In this document: piece after piece, positions 58,038-64,000 of the stretch
Numbering within the stretch: position 1 is the stretch's first letter
Layout: every line of letters starts with the position of its first letter
Assembly: GCF_009914755.1 (NCBI RefSeq)
Contig: NC_060935.1
DNA: 64,000 nucleotides
From: the human T2T-CHM13v2.0 reference genome, Homo sapiens
Direction: 5' to 3' (one strand)
Notes under the pieces: generated by a model
The model's database searches: none
Told to the model about the DNA's origin: nothing
The model's input: only the letters and a program-made list of their open reading frames with translations
Made by a program: the position numbers and the translations under genes

Positions 58038-58987
58038 TGTGACATCATAAAAAAATACTATGTTTGGTTTCTACCCCCAGGTTTCTGACACAGAGCTCCT
58101 AAAACTCTTGGAATTTTCTGAAAGATAGGAGTGCTAGGAGCATCTTTAAAAAAAAAAATTGGTCTTTAACACTGGTTCCCAACACAGATCTGCTAATTCC
58201 CTTGGAATTTCCTGAGTGATAGGAGCATCTCTTGTTCTAACGAGGTGACTCTTGGTGGGGCTCCTGGATAGCTTCAGAATGAGGACTGGTCACCAGAAAC
58301 ACACCAAGCCATGATAAGAGGCTTGGAACTTTCAGGTCCATCCCCCGTCCTCCTTGGATGGTAGGGAGGATAAAATTGAGTTAATAATTGGTCATGCCTA
58401 CATGAAGCCTCTATAAAAAACCCTAAAAGATGGAGTACAAAATCTCCAGGTTGGTAAACATATCCACGTGCCAGGAGGGTGGCACACCTCTGCTTTATGG
58501 GGACAAAAGCTCCTATTCTCAGGCCCCTTCTGGACCCAGTTCTACGCATCTCTTCATCTGGCTGTTCATTCATTCCAGATATCCTTTATCCGGATATCCT
58601 TTATAATAAGCCAATAAATGTAAATAAGCATTTCCCTGAGTTCTGTGAGTCCTAAAAAAATTTTGAGTCGGAATCTGAGGAGGAGATTGGGTTGTGTGAA
58701 CCTCTCCTTTGTACAGCAAGTTGATCAGAAGTACAGGTGACAACCTGAGACTTACAATTGGCAACTGAAGTGGAGGCAGTCTTGTTGGACTGAGCCCTTA
58801 ATCTGTGGAGCATGATGCCAGCCCTAAATAGATAATGTCACAATTTAAGTGAATTGTGGGACACTCAGGGGGTGTTTGGAGACGTAAAGAATTTTTTGTT
58901 GATGTGGAGAAAGCCCACACATTTGATGTCAGAAGTGAAGTGTTGGGAGAGTATAGAAAAATATTGATTTTTCCTCTTTTAATAACA
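58038..58987 (+). mobile_element. MER21 (A/C-like) LTR
   Basis: GACACAGAGCTCCTAAAACTCTTGGAATT...TTCCCTGAGTTCTGTGAG...ACTGAGCCCTTAATCTGTGGG. Confidence 0.85.
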
Positions 58988-59408
58988 GATTTCCAAAGTG
59001 TGTTCACCATTTTACGCACTTACCAGAAATGAGAGTTCCACTTATGCCACAACTTTACCAATACTAGGTATTGTCAAACTTTTTAATTGTAGTCATTCTG
59101 GTGGTGGTATAATGGTACCGCATTATGGTTTTAATTTACTTTTAATTGACTACTAATGATGTTGAGACCTTTTTCATGTGCTTACTGGCTATTTCTATAT
59201 CTTTGTTTGAGAAGTGGCTGTGCAAGTCTTTTGGCCATTATTCATATTTGATTGTCTTCTTAATGAGTTGTAAAATTTCTTAATATATTTTGAATTCTCA
59301 GAATGTATATGCAAATGTTTTCTTTCAATGTGTGGGCTGCTTACTGATTTTTTAAAAAATATCTTCAAAGAGCAAAAGTTTTTATTTTTATAAGACCCCA
59401 TTTATTAA

Positions 59409-59753
<345 letters not shown>

Positions 59754-60108
59754 TTTCTGTGTATTTTCTAAGAAATTGTTGTCTATCTCAAATTAGGAAT
59801 GACATTTTTGTATGTTTCTTCTGGAAGTTGTACAGTTTTAGCGTTTTAATTTAGGTCTATGATCTATATTGAACTAATATTTGGATATGGTATAAGGTGG
59901 AATCAAGAGTCTTTTTTTTCCCCACATGGCTATCCAGTTGTTCCGGCACCTTAATTTTGTTTTTCCTTTCACCACTGAATTGCCTTAGCTCTCAAATTAA
60001 AACTCCACATATATAAACTTATTTCTGGATTTAGTCATCTGTTTCATTGATCAATTTATCTGCTTTTGCACCAATACCATGCTCTCTTGATTACTGTAGC
60101 TTTCTATT

Positions 60109-60216
60109 GAGGACGCTGAGGCAGGAAAATCGCTTGAACCTAGGAGGCAGAGGTTGCAGTGAGCCGAGATCGCACCACTGCACTACAGCCTGGGGGACAC
60201 AGCACAACCCTGTCTC

Positions 60217-60248
<32 letters not shown>

Positions 60249-60251
60249 AAA
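60109..60251 (+). mobile_element. Alu right-arm fragment
   Basis: GCTGAGGCAGGAAAATCGCTTGAACC...(AAAAC)n; no clear TSD. Confidence 0.85.
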
Positions 60252-61896
60252 GGAAAGATTTGGATACTTTTTCAAGATTACGCGACTATTCTAGGACTGC
60301 ACACTTCTATATTAATCTTAGAATCAGCAGAAAAAAAGGGTCTGCTCTATGATAACTGTGATGTTCCTATAGAGTAATTTGGGGAGAACTGACATGTTAA
60401 TAATGTTGAATCTTTCCACCCTTGAACATGAAATATCTATTTATGAAGGTCTTTAATATTTCTCAGCAGTTTTGCACTTATTAACATGGAGACCTTAAAT
60501 ATCTTTCATTAACTTTGTCCCTAAGTATTTTATTTTGGGGATGCTATGGTAAATGATATTGAGTCTTTGATTTCATTTTCCAACTGTTTGTTGCTCTGTC
60601 ATATAAATGCAATTGATTTTTGCATACTGACCTAATATCGTGCAAACTTTCTAAAGTTAAATCTTACATAACTAGGATACACTCTATTTGGTAATGATGA
60701 ATTATTTCTTTCTAAAATATTCAATTTGTCTAGTATTAAATTAAGAAATGTTGTATCTAGGCCAGGAGGGATATTGGTCTATAATTCTTTTCTTGTAATA
60801 TCCTTAGTATTTAAGGTTATGTACACCTTATAAGTCAGAAAGTGTTCCCTCTCCACTATTTTCTGAAAAAGTTTGTGTGATATTGGCATTATTTCTTCCT
60901 GAAATGTTTGATAGAATTTATCAGTGAAGTCATGTGGCCCTGAATTTTTCCTGTGGCAAGGCTTTTAATTATAAATTTAAGTTTTTAAACAGATATAGAG
61001 TTATTCATATTTTATGCTTGATATTTTGTGAGCTTCATAATTTGCATCTTTTAAAGAATTTGTCAGTTTTATCTAAATATTGTAATTTATTGATATGAGA
61101 TTGTTAAGAAATAGTCTTTTGTCTTTTAATAACTGTAGAAACCTGCAGTGGTCTCTCATATTTCATTCTTGATATTTGTAATTTGTGTTCTCTTTTTTTC
61201 TTGATCAGTGTAGCTAGAGGTCTATCAGTTTTATTACTCCTTTCAAAGAATGAACTTTGGTTTTGTTGACTTCCTAATCTACTTTTTATTTCACTGATTT
61301 ACACTCTTTATTCTTTCCTTGTATGTACTGAAGGTATAATTTCTGTTTCCTAGATTCTTAAGATGAAGACTTAGATCATTGATTTTAAGCCTTCTTTTCT
61401 TTTTAAAATTTTCCCCCAGCTTAAATAAGGTATAATTGATAAATAAAAATTGTATATATTTATGGTGTACAATGTGATCTGTTGATTCATGTACACATTG
61501 AGAAGTGATTAATTCAAGATAATTAACAGCCATCATCTCATATACTTATTTTTTTGTAGTGAGAACATTTAAGATCTATTCTTTTAGCAACTTTCAAGTA
61601 TACAGTACCTGATTATAAACTATGGCTACTACTCTAGAATAAGATCTCCAAAACTTATTCATCCTGTCTCACTGAAACTTTGTACTCTTTGACCAACATT
61701 TTGGCATCCCAAGCACCATTCCCTCCAGCCCCTGGTAACTACCATTCTACCCTGCTTCTATGAGTTCAACTTTTTCAGATATCACAAATAAGTGAGATCA
61801 TGGAGTAGTTGTCTTTCTGTGTCTGGCTTATTTCACTTAGCATTATATCCTCCAGATTTACCCATGGTGTCATAAATGACAGGATTTTCTTTTTAA

Positions 61897-62900
<1,004 letters not shown>

Positions 62901-63805
62901 TTCTTTTGTCTTTTTGATAATAGCCATTCTCACAGGTGTGAGGTGATAGCTCATTGTGGTTTTAATTTGCATTTCTCTGATGATTGTTGATATTGAACAT
63001 TTTTTCATGTACCTGTTGACCATTTGTCTGCCTTTTTTTGAACAATATCTATTCAAGTCCTTTGCCCATTTTTGAATCTGGTTATTTGTTTTCTTGTTAT
63101 TGAGCTTTTTGAGTTCCTTTTATATTTTGGGTATTAACCCCTTAAAGGCTGTATGGTTTGCAAAATGCTTTCTTGCATTCCACCGATTATCTTCTTGCTT
63201 TGTCAATTGTTTCCTTTGCTGTGCAGAAGCTTTTCAGTTTGATATAATCACATTTGTCCATTTTTACTTTTGTTGCCTGTGCTTTTCAGGACATATCCAA
63301 AAAAATGTTGCCTAGACCAATGTCAAGAAGTTTTTTCCGTTTTCTCCTAAGAGATTTGCAATTTGGAGTCTTATGTTTAAGTCTTTAATCCATTTGTATT
63401 GATTTTTTGTCTATGGTGTGAGATAAGGGTTCAATTTCATTCTTTTGTTTATGGATATCCAGTCAACACCATTTATTGAAGAGACTGTCCTTTCTCCATT
63501 GTGTGTTCTTGGCACCTTTGATGGAAATCAGTTGACCACAAATGCATGGATTTACTTCTGTAAGCCTTCTTTTCTCTGATATAAACATTTAAGACCATAA
63601 TTTTACTCCAAATGCTTCATTAACCGAATCTCACAAATTTGGATATGCTATGGTTTTATCAGGACAAAAGATTTTAAAACTTTTCTTGTGATTTGATTCA
63701 TGGGTTATTTTGCAATGTGGTTTAATTTCAAAATATTTGGATTTGCCAAAGTTTTTTTATCTTGATTTTTATTTTAATTCTGTTGTTATTAAAGAATATA
63801 TTCTT

Positions 63806-64000
63806 GGCTGGGTGCGGTGGCTCACGCTGGTAATCCCAGCACTTTGGGAGGCTGACGCAGGTGGATTATGAGGTCAGGAGTTTAAGACCAGCCTGGCCAG
63901 GATGGTGAAACCCCATCTCTACTAAAAATACAAAAAAATTATCCAGGCATGGTGGTGGGCACCTGTAATCCCAGCTACTTGGGAGGCTGAGGCAGAGAAT
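63806..64000 (+). mobile_element. AluS, cut by the window end
   Basis: GGCTGGGTGCGGTGGCTCACGC start, linker and start of right arm. Confidence 0.92.

Overview
Primate (human-like) intergenic DNA, mostly transposable elements: about 27 Alus of the J, S and Y subfamilies plus one FAM monomer, MIR, L2, L1PA/L1MA/L1M, HAL1, MaLR LTRs (MLT1, THE1), ERVL-class LTRs (LTR16-, MER21-, LTR33-like) and DNA-transposon fossils (MER1B, MER58A, MER81, MER102, Tigger3a, Zaphod/MER115, MADE1). I found no intact protein-coding gene, tRNA or rRNA. The only gene-derived sequence is a full-length processed keratin 18 pseudogene on the minus strand (about 38.6-40.3 kb). It sits in the linker of an AluJ and carries an AluS at its own 3' end. 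The most unusual structures are (i) an ancient ERVL provirus remnant (about 23.8-26.9 kb) with an internal inversion and a separate CpG-rich inverted duplication of the integrase core, (ii) a 29-bp-stem hairpin made by an inverted insertion in an L2 (13439-13505), (iii) inverted Alus only 24 bp apart, (iv) a strong CTCF motif at about 0.7 kb and a CCAAT/GC-box promoter candidate in an MLT1 LTR at about 2.6-3.0 kb, and (v) a TIR-bounded insert with splice signals inside HAL1. Repeat subfamily names come from recalled consensus sequences, and boundaries of old elements are approximate. I could not determine the genomic locus or the KRT18P number. Nothing here demonstrates a new biological system; the dsRNA/small-RNA ideas are hypotheses.
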